Assembly (NCBI GenBank): GCA_010093745.1
Contig: MU005972.1
Span: 62,001 to 126,000 of the forward strand
Source of the DNA: Piedraia hortae CBS 480.64
Taxonomy: Eukaryota
Direction: 5' to 3'
DNA: 64,000 nucleotides
Positions 35,521 to 47,294 of this stretch are shown here, one piece after another. How positions within the stretch are numbered: the stretch's first letter is position 1; every line of letters begins with the position of its first letter. Under the pieces are notes generated by a model that was given only the letters and a program-made list of their open reading frames with translations, ran no database searches and was not told the DNA's origin. The position numbers and the translations under genes are program-made.

Positions 35521-36066
35521 ATGGCCGCCAACACACGACAGCTCGTCCTTCGCTCCACTCGCCATCGGGTAGCCGCTCCATTGGTGCGTCGCGGCTATGC
35601 TGCGGGGGCCGAACGCGCGTCAGGAGCGCAAGAGAAGATGGACTTCAAGCAGGGAGCCAAACGAGATCCGGAGCTTTTCGTATGTTCTTCAAGAAGAAGA
35701 GCCTTTTCCACAGCAGCAGCTGATTGCGTGCTCAGGTCCTTTTCGGAATCATGGCTGGTGCGGCTGGCCTTGTTGGCTGGCATTTTAGCCGCAACCCCAC
35801 GTCGGCTTCATCAGAGAGCCCAGTGGCTAAAGCTCCCGATTCAGAGCCCTGGAAGACGGGTGGCGATGCGCGATACCAGTACCACCCTGGCGGTGATGAA
35901 CGCCGTGGCCGCAGAGACGCCCCCAGCGCCCTGAGCGAAGTCACCATCCCCAATGTCAACCTGCCCAAGGTAAGCGAGCTCCTGCAGTTGATCACGGTAT
36001 CGTGCCATTAACGCATCATAGTCGCTCCATGAAAAGTATAACAAATGGGGCAAGGAGGGCTACTGA
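35521..36066 (+). CDS. Small mitochondrial membrane protein, NDUFA4/MLRQ (B12D)-like
   Basis: Arg-rich presequence, GAKRDPELF, one TM helix, YQYHPGGD; introns 35680-35735 and 35970-36021. Confidence 0.75.
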
Positions 36067-36149
36067 TCCGTTTTGTTTCCATAACCGCGTAAATATCTAC
36101 GAAAGCACGGGTATCTATGCTTGAGTCATTTCCCAGTTGATGACTGTCG

Positions 36150-39100
36150 TTACTTCCACCGCGCCAGCTTCCGGTTTGTCACATCCATGAAATTGCTCAT
36201 TTCTTCCATGACAACCTCCTCGCCCATCTCTTCCTCGTCTTCATCCTTCTCCTTCTCCTCGTTCTCGGGCTCAATCTTATCCTCGTCCTTGCTAATTTTG
36301 TTTTTGCTAACCGTGTCAGGCGAGAGGACAGCTTCCAACGGCAACATCTCGAACGGCTGCTCCGCTTCGTCCTTGTGATGGACGTCCAGCAGCTCACCCT
36401 CATGCACCACTCCATCCGCCGTGCTGATATCAGGCAGAGGACTCAGCCTGAAGCTATTCTCCAGGTGGATCTTCTTGGGCGCCGGCCTCGACACCATGCT
36501 GCCCAGATGACTCGGCGGTGCGGCCCACAGGGTCGATCGCTTGTTGGCAATCTGCCCCAGTTCCCGGTGGAAGATCCAGGGAAAAGACATGAAGGGCATG
36601 CTCTCGCACGTCATTTTCTTATCGGAGCCGTCTGCTTCTGCTCCCTTGTGCCTCTCGCACGCGTCTGCCACATCCTTTGCGGTTGCCACGTACATGGCAG
36701 CGATGAATGGCCCCAGCTTGTCCCAGTCCCGATCTTGAGGCGTAGTGCCCGCCTTTTCGAAACAAACATCCCGGATGTTCTGCTTCAAAGTCTCTGCTTT
36801 TTCGCCAAAATCCGTCGAGAACTTGTAGTCGTTGTTCTGGTTATGCTCCATGATAAACGTGGTCCAGACCTGGAACTCGTTTCCGATGCCATACTGCGTC
36901 ATGATGCGACGGACAGCCTCATCGTACTGCTGTTTCACAATGGCTGCTTCGTGGATCATCTCGTCAGAGAGCGTATACGCCTCCGTGATGCGCTTGTCAA
37001 AGGGCAAGTTCCAGACCGGCTCAAATGGAATGCGGTCGACGGCATCATAAAGCTTGCCCAGCACCCTCGTGGATTTGTATGTGTGCGATTTTTCCGCCCA
37101 ATGTGGATATGGCGGCTTGAAACGAATGTTTTTGGGATACCTTGCCGGCACTCCCGTCTTTGCATAGTCGACAGCCATGGAATGGAGGCTGGCCAGTTCA
37201 AGACATGGCGTGCTCTTGACGCCGTCCTCCGCTTTGTCTGCCCAGTACCGATGGGCTGAAGCAATGAGGCCTACAGTATCATTTTTCATGTGCATCACGA
37301 AGAACGAAGTGATGTCATGCACAGTCACTGGTCCTTTACTTCGAACAGGAGGCGGAGCCTTGTAGTCCATGGGCTCGTAGTTCCACTCCTCCGGGAGGAG
37401 ATCTGGATCCCACATAACCAGATAATCGTCACCGTCGAGATCGCCACCAGAGCACATGTTGGCCAGATCGCGGTCGCCTGTTTGAGGCAGGACCACGCAG
37501 TCCTTCAGGTGGTGTAGCTGGGGGGCATCGACAGCCTTGACCACCCGGATATCCCCTGGATGGAGCGAGGGGTTCCGAGCCAGGATGCAGACACCTGTGA
37601 TGACCGTGTACTTTCCCGGGTTCATGGGCTCCGAAATCTGTAAGAAGATTTCGGGCAAATCCTCTTCTCTCTTGGATCCCCGAGGGGTCTTATTTGAATG
37701 ACCCTTCAAAGTTCCCGTCTCGTCCACACAGCCCAGCACGAACGCGCCCTGGTCCACCGAAAGTCGCGCCTTTTCCTTTAGGTACTTGATCCGCCACGCT
37801 CTCCATAGATGAAGACATGACTTCAGAAACGGATCCTGAGCCCCCATGAACCCGTCGCAGATCATTTCGGCCATTGTTATGGTCATGCCGTTGAAATCGA
37901 CGTTGCGATTAAGAAGCTCGACTGCGATCTTTTCATCCTTCATAGCCGCCTCTAGATCGTGCAGCTGTTCCGCCATCTTGTTCGTAAACACTGTGGCTGG
38001 CACACCGAGCGCCTCCAACACTAGGATAAGCTGCAAATTGAGGTACGTGGCCGAGAACTGAGAAAAGCGGCAAATCTCAAGGCCCTGGTGTCGCGCAGGA
38101 AACTTCTCCTGGCTTGGGCGAATCTGCACCACCTTGCCTTTGACGGCCGGGTCGACGGCCAGCACGCCTTTGCAGCCGCCCAGATGGAACTGAAACACTG
38201 ATGGATAATCGCCGGCAGCCGTCCCAAGGCCAATCTCCTGCGCAACCATCTGTGCAAGAAAGGGCGAGATTTTGCCCACCCCGTCGGTGAAGCAAAATCC
38301 GTTGCGCTCAATGTCTGGAATACGTTGAATATGGACTCCGAGTGACATGCCTTTTGTGGTAGACAAGCACTGGCCGAGCCGGGCAGCATACTTGGCAACC
38401 ACGTCGATGTGGCCCAGGTTTCCCATTCCCATTCGAATCTTCTCCGCTGTCAAACTGCCCGAAGCAGCGAAGAAATAGGCACCATTTTCACGCACCTGCG
38501 AGCCGTTAAAGGCGAGGAATTCGTAGTGCAGGTTCCCGACGCGAATGCCGTTTCTCATGGTTCGTTTCACCCTGGTGAAGACCTCGTTCATGCTTTCGTC
38601 CTCGTTGGTCATGATCCGGCCCTTCCACCGCTCATCGGTAAATTTGACGCGGAGAAAGCGGTCTTCGTATTGCTTGTACTGGCGCACGATGCGGTTCGAT
38701 GTCTCAATGACGGGTGTATAAAAGTATATTGTGGTGGGCGTGATGATGGCTGCCCGCACCAGCGAGCTGAACTTGGTGGACTTCCGCGTTTTGATCCCCA
38801 GCCGGCTCTCGAGCTTGAAGATCTCCATTGGGGAGAAGTGGCGTTGCTTGCCATCGGCTACTTTTTCCAGCAGGCGCGTCGCCCTCGTCGGGTCCATGGC
38901 CGCGAGCTTAGCTACAAATTCAGAAGTCAGGTTGCACTCGCTGAGCCAGTTGTTACTGATGCACACCTCGAGCTGGTACTGCACGTTGGGGCTCAGCTCC
39001 AACCGGGTTGGCATTAACTCTTGTATCCACGAAAAGCTAGACTCTCCGACCTTTGACGGCGACAATTCGTCCGCCCACTTCCAGACTTCGCTTGCGTCAC

Positions 39101-40370
39101 CGGGGACCTTGTTGACCGTTGCTGTCCACGTTGTTGATACGTTGTGATCCGTAAGCACCTTGAATATGGTTGTGTAATCTTCCGACTCAACTGCTCCCTT
39201 TCCCAGCACAAAATAGTACGTCAGCCACCTCCCTACGTCAAGAATTGGATCCATCCTGCGCAGTTGGATGATTGAGTCTGGAGTCCCAGGGGACTTGTCG
39301 ATGCCGGTTTGACGGAACCACGCCTGCGACTCCCTCCACTCCATAATGTTATTTGTAGCGTCGTTTGTCGGTTTTACGTCGTGCGTCGACTTGATATCGT
39401 TGGTCTTTCGCCATACAAACGGTGGCATCTCCAGCGAAACCGCCAAGGCAACCTCGCCATCATCCGTCTGTAGCCTGCACACACGTTTGATCAGGCTAAA
39501 TGGGATCTTGAGCTGATACGTATTACGGTAGACCTGCGTAGGCTTCCCGGGCGGGCTTTTATACTCGATATCGACCCCGAATTTGATCAGAAAATCGTTG
39601 TACCTGGTGTTGATGCCAAATTCTAGCAATGGGGCAGCTGAAGGAGCAGATGTAAACAGACTCAGGAACTTCTCCGGGCTCTGCATCATCCCAGCCTCCA
39701 TCCTTTCCACGGGCACCATCAAGATCTCCGGCAACGCCTCTTCGCCATTTTGGCCGTTTGATTTGGAGTCGATGATCGGCTCGGGAAAGAAACTAATTAC
39801 ATGATCGCGTTGGTCAGGCGTGCGCAGATGGAGTTGTGAACTGATCCAGGACAAGTCTTTCGGCACGGGGCGAAGAATGAGAAAAGCTTCCCGGTGGTTT
39901 CCTCTGAAGTTCAACTCAATGCGCGACACGTTTCCGTACGGTGAAAACGTCTCGTACACCTCCCAGGTGCCACAAGTGAGCGGAACCCTTTTGATTCTTA
40001 TCTTCAACGCCGACGCTTTCGTCCATTCCTTGCTTGGCTTCCGCCTCATCATTGGTCTGGGCGCTATGGGTTTCTTGTCTGCCTGCGGGACGGGAAACGC
40101 GAACCTCCGTGCTCGGACATTTGTTGTTCTTGCCGGACTTGAAGACGGCCGTTGACTAAGTTCAGAGTCGAAGCCCTTGAGGAGTTCCTTAAACGCCGCA
40201 CTTCTAGCTTGGCGATTTGGGGATGCCTCGCGCAGATCATCGTCGGAGGACTCTGAATCCATTGGCTCTTCTGCTTGGCTCTGCGGGCTCTGCGTTGACG
40301 ATACCGAAGAGGAAGACGCGAAAGTAGCTATAGCAGGCTCGGATTCTGATGACTCAACGGGCGGAGACAT
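36150..40370 (-). CDS. Cellular RNA-dependent RNA polymerase (RNAi; SAD-1/RRP-type with N-terminal RRM-like region), intronless
   Basis: ETSNRIVR, FLRVKFTDE, ARLGQC, FTDGVGKIS, ARNPSLHPGD, SGGDLDGD catalytic motif, AVDYAKTG. Confidence 0.95.
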   Translation of the reverse strand: MSPPVESSESEPAIATFASSSSVSSTQSPQSQAEEPMDSESSDDDLREASPNRQARSAAFKELLKGFDSELSQRPSSSPARTTNVRARRFAFPVPQADKKPIAPRPMMRRKPSKEWTKASALKIRIKRVPLTCGTWEVYETFSPYGNVSRIELNFRGNHREAFLILRPVPKDLSWISSQLHLRTPDQRDHVISFFPEPIIDSKSNGQNGEEALPEILMVPVERMEAGMMQSPEKFLSLFTSAPSAAPLLEFGINTRYNDFLIKFGVDIEYKSPPGKPTQVYRNTYQLKIPFSLIKRVCRLQTDDGEVALAVSLEMPPFVWRKTNDIKSTHDVKPTNDATNNIMEWRESQAWFRQTGIDKSPGTPDSIIQLRRMDPILDVGRWLTYYFVLGKGAVESEDYTTIFKVLTDHNVSTTWTATVNKVPGDASEVWKWADELSPSKVGESSFSWIQELMPTRLELSPNVQYQLEVCISNNWLSECNLTSEFVAKLAAMDPTRATRLLEKVADGKQRHFSPMEIFKLESRLGIKTRKSTKFSSLVRAAIITPTTIYFYTPVIETSNRIVRQYKQYEDRFLRVKFTDERWKGRIMTNEDESMNEVFTRVKRTMRNGIRVGNLHYEFLAFNGSQVRENGAYFFAASGSLTAEKIRMGMGNLGHIDVVAKYAARLGQCLSTTKGMSLGVHIQRIPDIERNGFCFTDGVGKISPFLAQMVAQEIGLGTAAGDYPSVFQFHLGGCKGVLAVDPAVKGKVVQIRPSQEKFPARHQGLEICRFSQFSATYLNLQLILVLEALGVPATVFTNKMAEQLHDLEAAMKDEKIAVELLNRNVDFNGMTITMAEMICDGFMGAQDPFLKSCLHLWRAWRIKYLKEKARLSVDQGAFVLGCVDETGTLKGHSNKTPRGSKREEDLPEIFLQISEPMNPGKYTVITGVCILARNPSLHPGDIRVVKAVDAPQLHHLKDCVVLPQTGDRDLANMCSGGDLDGDDYLVMWDPDLLPEEWNYEPMDYKAPPPVRSKGPVTVHDITSFFVMHMKNDTVGLIASAHRYWADKAEDGVKSTPCLELASLHSMAVDYAKTGVPARYPKNIRFKPPYPHWAEKSHTYKSTRVLGKLYDAVDRIPFEPVWNLPFDKRITEAYTLSDEMIHEAAIVKQQYDEAVRRIMTQYGIGNEFQVWTTFIMEHNQNNDYKFSTDFGEKAETLKQNIRDVCFEKAGTTPQDRDWDKLGPFIAAMYVATAKDVADACERHKGAEADGSDKKMTCESMPFMSFPWIFHRELGQIANKRSTLWAAPPSHLGSMVSRPAPKKIHLENSFRLSPLPDISTADGVVHEGELLDVHHKDEAEQPFEMLPLEAVLSPDTVSKNKISKDEDKIEPENEEKEKDEDEEEMGEEVVMEEMSNFMDVTNRKLARWK

Positions 40371-40751
40371 GGTCGCAAGCTCATAGCCCGCTGTGGATTT
40401 ATTAGTACATGATTTGACACAGAACAGGCGCCAAGAGAAATTCTACATATTCAGGAGAAGAAGCTACGTCGGCCAAATAGAATGTGGTGCCAGGAGAAAA
40501 TATTATAGTGGGGATGTATTCACCTTTAGATTGCTCACTGTGCGGGGTGTAAGGTTTAGTTGACATTACAACGTGGTGGTGCTGCGGGTGAGATTGAAAC
40601 TTGTTCTAATTAGATGCGAAGGTTCACCACCGTTTTTGATCATTCTGCGATCGCAAGTAAGAGCGACTCTCAAACGAGCGTTTTTTGTTATTTGTGCACG
40701 AAGTTTGGGGTCACACCCGCAAACGACGGAGATTCCCGAAGTACCCACAGG

Positions 40752-41590
40752 TCACGTGCTTTCCCCGCGCTCGAATACTCTGGCCGTGCCATCGCGTTGG
40801 ATGAGGAACAGCATCTCCAGCTCTGCCATCTCACCCTCCACCTCATAAAGCCCATAGTCCCCTCCGCCCCTGGTTATCCTTAAGACCCCACTTACGTCGT
40901 GTGCCGCCCCCGTTTCCAGTTGCCTGACACTCAAAACCCACCGTGCCACATGTGCTTGCTGCACCACAAACGATGCGCATTGGGTCTCCAGCGGTACGTC
41001 CATATGTCCAGGTGGAGCCAAAGCGGCCGCTAAAAGTGGTTGATCGGCGGCGCAGGTGATAATTACGGTGTATGCAAGAGATCGCATTTGGAGCACAAAT
41101 GAAGAGAGGCTTGCCGCATTCGCGAGCCCCAAAGCAAGGAGGACATCTGGGTTGTCTAGTAATACGTTGACAACACGCTTGCCAGAGTCGGATGCATTGG
41201 CATTCGCTTGTCTGACTGCCACGTCCCAGTCTGTTAGGGCTTGCTTTGAAGTGGAATCAACAATAACAAGCCTGCCACTGCGTACCAATTTCGTAGAGTC
41301 GATGCCCTGTTCATGTTTGTTAAGTTTTTCTCCTGATCTTTGGGGTTTCGTACCGTCGTCCTGCGCAACTCATTGCTCCAATGGTGTTCGTCGCGCACAA
41401 AGCTCACAATGACCAAACCCGTTTCAACGCCGTCAACTTGTGCTCCTAGCAACACCCTGGCAAATTTGGTGGCCAGCCAGCTTCCGCAGCATTCCAATGT
41501 ATCCGTCAGCAATGTAAGTGATCCTCTTGGCTGGATCCTGAGGTACGGCTCTAGAGCGGTAGGAACGTAGTTGTGGCTGCGTGAGGCCAT
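40752..41590 (-). CDS. ELP6: Elongator complex subunit 6
   Basis: LEPYL..SLTLLT..SWL, VIVSF, LDNPDVLL, QLETGAAHDVSGVLRITRG, VFERG; intron 41307-41353. Confidence 0.82.
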
Positions 41591-41789
41591 GCGTATAAGC
41601 CGTGGTTGGGAAAGGCTAAATTGGCTTGGCAGATGTAATCGCTTTGTGGGCGAACCACAAAATGACGTTCTCAAAGTGCGGCTTGGCAAAAGGCTGAGAT
41701 ATCTGTTTGTGAAGTGAAGAAAGAAAACTAGGCTCGTCACACCAAGCGACGCTATACTGTGCTACTCATAATGGCATGTGTACATGTAC

Positions 41790-43687
41790 TCATCGTTGCA
41801 TCGGCCCCAGAAGAGCTCTCCAGCCCACAAGCAACCTTTTCCCCAAGGGCACCGTTGCTTGTCCGGCTTTGATTTTGACGTTATCGTTTTGTAATTCCTT
41901 TCCTATTTGCATGTAGCTTTCAACGGCCACTCGCATGGCTGCCCTGCCGGACCGGGGTAGGTTTTCTATCTCGTCTCTGCTGCTTTCATAAAAAGCGAAT
42001 GCGCGATTCAGGAGGCGCGAACGCAGCTTTTCTATCTTTTGTCTCACAGATTTATCAACCTCTGCGCTTGAAGCTGGATCGACCATGCTGCGTAGTGTAG
42101 AAATGCAGGCGTTGGAAGATAAGCTCTCCGCTCTAAGCCATGTCGGAGGTAGATATAGTCGACCGTCTTGTGCATCGCGCGACAGATCTCGTGCAACATT
42201 CACGTACTGCAATGCTAGCCCCATGTCGCGTCCAGCTGCCATCATGCGCTTAGCTGAACCCTCACTGGTGCCAGGATCGTGGTAAAGCACCAATTGGATG
42301 CAAAGATGCGCCACTGTGCCTGCGACTCGTGCACCATAAAGATCCAAATCACTTTCGGTCTTGATTGGTCCAGTAGCCAGCGAAGGTGTGAAAGCAAGGT
42401 CCATCTCGAATCCCCGTAACAACTCGTATAGTGGCTCCTTGTCCAAGTATTGCGTGGGAAGTAACAACAATGTCAAATGCGCTTGGGGCGGAAATTGTCG
42501 CATAGCGAACATAATTGCCTGTCCTTGATTGCGGTCTTTAGGATCCACCACAGCGCCATTGGGTTGCTTGTGGCCGCCGCTGTAGCAGAGATCAAGGTAT
42601 CGACGAAACTTGCCAATCCATACCTTTGCCTCTTTGGTACTTTTGGCGTTGTCCACGTAATTATCCGCCAACCGACAAAACGAGTACAGCAAAATCAAGT
42701 CGATGCGCAGCCTACCTTGAAAAGTGCTGCTGGCAAGATAGAAACTCCTGCTGTGGCTGTGCAAGTGATTTATGCATTGGTGTAGGCCTTGTATTCTGTC
42801 ATCATCGTACGTACTCGCAGGTAAGAGGAGAGCCTTGGCCAGGAGTTTTGGGCCAGGTATGCGGGGAACTCGTGGAAAGTGAGCGGGAAAGGTATATAGC
42901 ACAGCCATAGCATTATCGAAAGCCACCATCCCGGAAACAATGAGGGTATTTGTTAGGAGAAAAAAGATTGCTTCTTCGATCTCCAAGCCAGGCCATAGAG
43001 TTAGTCCGGTCTTCGTCCCAGATTCAATGACCCATGTGCCTCTTTTAAGGGCCAGCGTATCAACCACCCAGAGGTAGATGGTCGGAATGGCAATAGGCAA
43101 AAGAGTATTAGAGAGCGGGAGGTTGATCAAGAATTGATAGGCCAAGGTCCAGATCAGCCACAAAACCGGTACGGCCCAAACTAGAATGAGACCCAAGTAG
43201 GTTCGATCTCCTTGAGCTTTAATGAAGTGATAACCCTGTTTGATCACCAAAGCCAAGATGACTTGGCCAGTCAGCCGGATCAGTTTCCAGGGCTGTTTCT
43301 TTTTGCCATCTTCCCGGACCAGGTAAATTGAGTGCAACGTTGATTTGCTGACTAATGTGTACAATAGCGCAGTGTTGTAGGTCTGAATCACGAAAAAGAA
43401 GACTTCCTCAACCGGGATGCCAAAAAGTGTGGGCCCCATGATAACTTCTGGGGGATAAGTCCATACGTTGGAGCGGATGAGATAGGAATCCCATGGTGTT
43501 GTCGCTATGACGGCTATGAAAATATGAAAGGCGATTTTGCAGACGTCGATTTGAGTGAGCAACGGGAAAGAAACAAGAGTGAGTAAGATGGCAGGAGGGA
43601 TCGTGTAAGTGACATGGCTGTTGTGATGTTAACCTTTGCAATGGGGATGAAGAAACTGACCTACACTAATGCGTAGTCGATTCCCAT
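41790..43687 (-). CDS. carRA: Bifunctional lycopene cyclase/phytoene synthase (al-2/carRA)
   Basis: MGIDYALV|HVTYTIPP, PWDSYLI, PVEEVFFF, IEEAIFF cyclase repeats; SRSFYLAS, RVAGTV, LQYVNVARD synthase motifs; intron 43618-43664. Confidence 0.95.
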
Positions 43688-44133
43688 CTTATCTGGCTTC
43701 TGAGCTCCACCGTCGCAGGATTTACCTTACCCTCCATGTTCTTACGTCATCGAGTGGACGAACCGGCTTAGTCAGAGCCACACAGTGGTAGTAACGTGTT
43801 TGGTAGCACGCTTTTGTACTGTATCTTCACTGAGCACACATGCTTGATTGCCAAGAGTGCCTAGAAAAGTCAAATGTTTTTGTGAAGTTTTTGACACAAG
43901 GTGACTGAACCGTTGGGGAAAGTCTTGGCAATGAGAAAAGAATCCACATCCAGCGGAAACAAGCACGTTGATTGACTACATGACACCGTACTAGTTCTCA
44001 CACCCCCTTATAGCAATACATCAGTCAGAAAAGCATCCATTGCCATCATTCACGCCTTTTGGGCAGTGTATACATTAAAAATCCAAAGACGCCCGGATGA
44101 AATTGGAAGCTGCCAACGTAGTTAAGCTTCGAC

Positions 44134-46164
44134 TCAAACAAGACTGCGCCTCCCACTAACGCGCCGGGCGAGAGAAGCAGCAGCAGGCCGAAAGACCTGC
44201 CTCTTGGACGGCCTTCTAATTACAGCCGACTCGACAGCGACATCATCTGACTCTTCAGGGGAGAGCATCTCTGTAAACTTTGAGCTGCGCTTGACACCGC
44301 GTTGAGTAAGGGCAGAGCTCGGACGGCCATTTTCATCGTTATAATTCTTGACAAGCCCTGAATGTGTTACTGGGCGACGAAGGACTTCCTGCTCAACCGT
44401 CAAAGTCTTGCGCCGATCGGATACACTCCGTCGGACCTTGACCGGTTCCACTTCTTCCACGACCTTGGAACGAGCGGCGAGTCGCAGAGCGCGAGCTGAG
44501 CTTTTTTCTGCCTCTTCCTTTTCCTTCTTCTCCTGACGCAGTTTTTCCTTCACGTCTGGATCGTCAACGTCAATCCACCCAACCCATCCAGGGCCGTGAG
44601 ACGACCTGGACCGCTTCCTGCCCTGTTCTTCCGTCGTCGCACAGGCGGTCTCCTCTGCAGCCTTGCGTTTTTCTGCAAGCTTCTTTTGCATGGCCTTTGC
44701 CTCCAGGGCATTAAGGCGCTTGCCCAAAAACCCCCGGCAGCTTGGTGTGCCACAATAGCAGGTATGGCGAGAGTTACCAAAAGTATCGAAATTGTAGTCA
44801 TATGTCAGCTCTTCCCCGGTAAAGATGCCATTTTCGCCGGCAAATACGCCCATACGTGGGGTGCCATTTACAGTGACCATGCGCACTTCACAATTTGGTT
44901 CACAAGAATGGTTGATAAAGCGAGCCATGCTTCCCCTGGTCCCATCGATAACTAGACCCCGAGTGAGTTCCATGAGATAATAGCACTGTTGGTTTTTGTA
45001 CTCTTCTCTCATGCGCCGCTGACACTCATCTTCAGTTATGATCTCGCCTGTATATTCCATTATAATCTGGCCAGCGGAAAATGGGCGACAAGACCTCACG
45101 CCATAGCCGCGGTTCTCAGTCTTGACAATTTCCACGCCGACATCAAAGGCGCCGCCTTTTCTGATTCGAGACGAGAGCTCGGCAAAACAACGATTTCCGC
45201 AAGTTGCAGCAGTGAGACTACAATTGTCCGAGTTGCACTCGTATTGCATGACACGGTTAAGGCACGCGTAGCCACAGCCCATCTCGTCGGGCGATGTAGG
45301 CGGTTTACAAACACACGCCGAGACCCCCAGCTGTTTGTCAAACTCCCAGAGCTCCCTCGCATCGCCAATGAGGCGGTTCTTATTGAGCTCGTGCCAACCC
45401 TTGGGCCTCTCTTCACCCTGTGTTGCGTAGATATTGTAAGGGATCACGAAGTCGCGGGCTTTGTCCAAGTATTGGAACATGGGCAGTGGCATGGTGAAGC
45501 GCGACTTGGGCGCAAGAGAGACCAGCTTCTTTCTTGGCCCCTCTTTCTTATTAATTTCAGTATTTTGGCCTACGTAGAGGCCTTCCTTGAGCCATTGTTT
45601 TTGCCTCTTACTTTGCACAGGCCCATCGCTCGGTATCGATACCTTCTCCTGCAATGTCGACAGTCGAGCTTTCTTGGTGCGCGGCAACGGAGCGTCGTTG
45701 CCCTCACTGTCTTCCAGGTCCAGTTCTTCCAGCACGCCTTTGGGCCCCGTATCCAACTCTTTGAGCAAGCGCGGCACTTCCCTGAGGGCCGATTTGCGCT
45801 TTCCATTGCGCGGCTGGGCAAGCTCGGCCGCTTCGCGCCGGCGCTTGCCGAGCACGCTGCCCACCTTGCCGGCCATCCTCTTCAGCTTCGCTTTGATACC
45901 TGGCTGGGGGCGCACTCGCGCTGGGCTAGTTGGTGGTGTGGACGCGTCAGAGACTTTGGAATCATCGTCTATGACTATGACATTGGACGACTCGCTACTC
46001 CCGGTGCTTGCTACCAGCGTGCGCTCAGTGCGGCTGCTGCCCCTTTCGACCTGGCCGTTCAAGTGTCGTTCGAGGCTGTATGTCGACGCGAGAAAACGGG
46101 AGCGCTTAGGCTGTCCAGCATCTGAAATCGACTCATTGGTGTCTAAAGACTGCTTTCTCGCCAT
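44134..46164 (-). CDS. ash1: AWS-SET-postSET histone H3K36 methyltransferase, ASH1-like
   Basis: WLKEGLYVGQ, CLNRVMQYEC, RGYGVRS, IMEYTGEII, ARFINHSCEPNC, ELTYDYNF, CYCGTPSCRG. Confidence 0.88.
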   Translation of the reverse strand: MARKQSLDTNESISDAGQPKRSRFLASTYSLERHLNGQVERGSSRTERTLVASTGSSESSNVIVIDDDSKVSDASTPPTSPARVRPQPGIKAKLKRMAGKVGSVLGKRRREAAELAQPRNGKRKSALREVPRLLKELDTGPKGVLEELDLEDSEGNDAPLPRTKKARLSTLQEKVSIPSDGPVQSKRQKQWLKEGLYVGQNTEINKKEGPRKKLVSLAPKSRFTMPLPMFQYLDKARDFVIPYNIYATQGEERPKGWHELNKNRLIGDARELWEFDKQLGVSACVCKPPTSPDEMGCGYACLNRVMQYECNSDNCSLTAATCGNRCFAELSSRIRKGGAFDVGVEIVKTENRGYGVRSCRPFSAGQIIMEYTGEIITEDECQRRMREEYKNQQCYYLMELTRGLVIDGTRGSMARFINHSCEPNCEVRMVTVNGTPRMGVFAGENGIFTGEELTYDYNFDTFGNSRHTCYCGTPSCRGFLGKRLNALEAKAMQKKLAEKRKAAEETACATTEEQGRKRSRSSHGPGWVGWIDVDDPDVKEKLRQEKKEKEEAEKSSARALRLAARSKVVEEVEPVKVRRSVSDRRKTLTVEQEVLRRPVTHSGLVKNYNDENGRPSSALTQRGVKRSSKFTEMLSPEESDDVAVESAVIRRPSKRQVFRPAAASLARRVSGRRSLV

Positions 46165-46211
46165 GAGGTCACGAATGACGCAGACAGGTATCAATGTTAT
46201 CTTGTGATAGA

Positions 46212-46252
46212 TAGTGTCAACTAGTGTCAACTGTGCGAGACGCGTGACGCGT
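46212..46252. promoter_or_regulatory. Tandem MCB (ACGCGT x2) plus TAGTGTCAAC direct repeat upstream of ash1
   Basis: ACGCGT at 46240 and 46247; TAGTGTCAAC at 46212 and 46222. Confidence 0.45.
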
Positions 46253-46326
46253 GTGGGCCGCTAAGCCTTAGCGCATGTTTATCGAAGTATGATTCGATTT
46301 GATTACTAATGCTCCACATAACCCAC

Positions 46327-47073
46327 TCAATTTACGAGGCCTTTTAGTTCCCTTTTGGCCATTTGCCGTTGCGTCTCCACATCCCAGCCTTCTTCGTCGC
46401 ACTTACGCAGCAATCTGCCAATGGCAATGATTGCTTTTGTACTATCACCGTCGATCCATACCTTGCCGTTGCGACCAATTGCGACCTCAAATCGCATTTT
46501 CTCTCCCACTTCTTCTAGCACCACCAGTCCTCCTTTTGTTTTTTCGTTCATCCCCATCATTAGCCGCCGTGCAAAGCCCGGTGAGATAGAGAAAACCATT
46601 CCATCGCGAAGAGGACCCAATCCCTCGGCTTTGCCCGACGACGGTTGTACGCACTCGATTTCAGTGTCTTCATATCTACTTGCTTTTGACACGCGCGCAT
46701 AGACGACATCTCCTACCTCCAACTTTGGTCGTGTCTTCTTACTTGCTCCCTCAAAGGCCAAGTTATCTAGGAGGGCATAAGGTGTGTGAGGTGTCAGGCT
46801 ACAGCTATACTGTTCTCCCCCCGAGCGCTGAACTTGAGCAATGACCCTATCTCCAACAGCAGGCTGGTATCGCCCGCGGCTAGGTTCAAGCCAGAGACCT
46901 CCTCTTCGTTTGTCGGTTTGAAGCACGCCAGAGGTGGTGGCACAAACGGTCGTGGGTGGGATGTTGTAAAGACCCGGCCCAATAGCCACAGTGCCTTTCT
47001 TGGACCTGGGGAGCTCATTACCCGGTACTTGTTCACCAGGCAGTAGCACAGTGTCCGCAGTGTCCGCTGCCAT
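46327..47073 (-). CDS. RRP40: Exosome cap subunit
   Basis: RYQPAVGDRVIAQV, LAFEGASKKTRPKL, GLGPL, EVAIGRNGKVWI. Confidence 0.93.
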   Translation of the reverse strand: MAADTADTVLLPGEQVPGNELPRSKKGTVAIGPGLYNIPPTTVCATTSGVLQTDKRRGGLWLEPSRGRYQPAVGDRVIAQVQRSGGEQYSCSLTPHTPYALLDNLAFEGASKKTRPKLEVGDVVYARVSKASRYEDTEIECVQPSSGKAEGLGPLRDGMVFSISPGFARRLMMGMNEKTKGGLVVLEEVGEKMRFEVAIGRNGKVWIDGDSTKAIIAIGRLLRKCDEEGWDVETQRQMAKRELKGLVN

Positions 47074-47294
47074 GTTGACGATTGCGTGTGCGGTCGCAAT
47101 AAGCCCTGACTAATGTCTGCTAGCGCTTCCAATTCCCGAGCTAGGCCCAATGGAGTATATCAGCCCCACTTCCATGGCATCATGCAGACGTCCCTCGTGA
47201 ACACCTGCACCCTCTTCGCGGACCCTAGTAAAGCTGCCTGTTCGTGTCGCCATCTCCTAGGAAACGCTACGGACCTAAGAGCCATTTGCCGGTC

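Noticed and set aside
36150..40370. RdRP as an endogenous viral element
   Set aside because: DLDGD double-psi-barrel cellular type; no viral GDD palm motifs
44989..46125. 378-aa plus-strand ORF and similar ones (13052-13822, 36375-37259, 58995-59627)
   Set aside because: Antisense to well-supported genes, with no recognisable motifs
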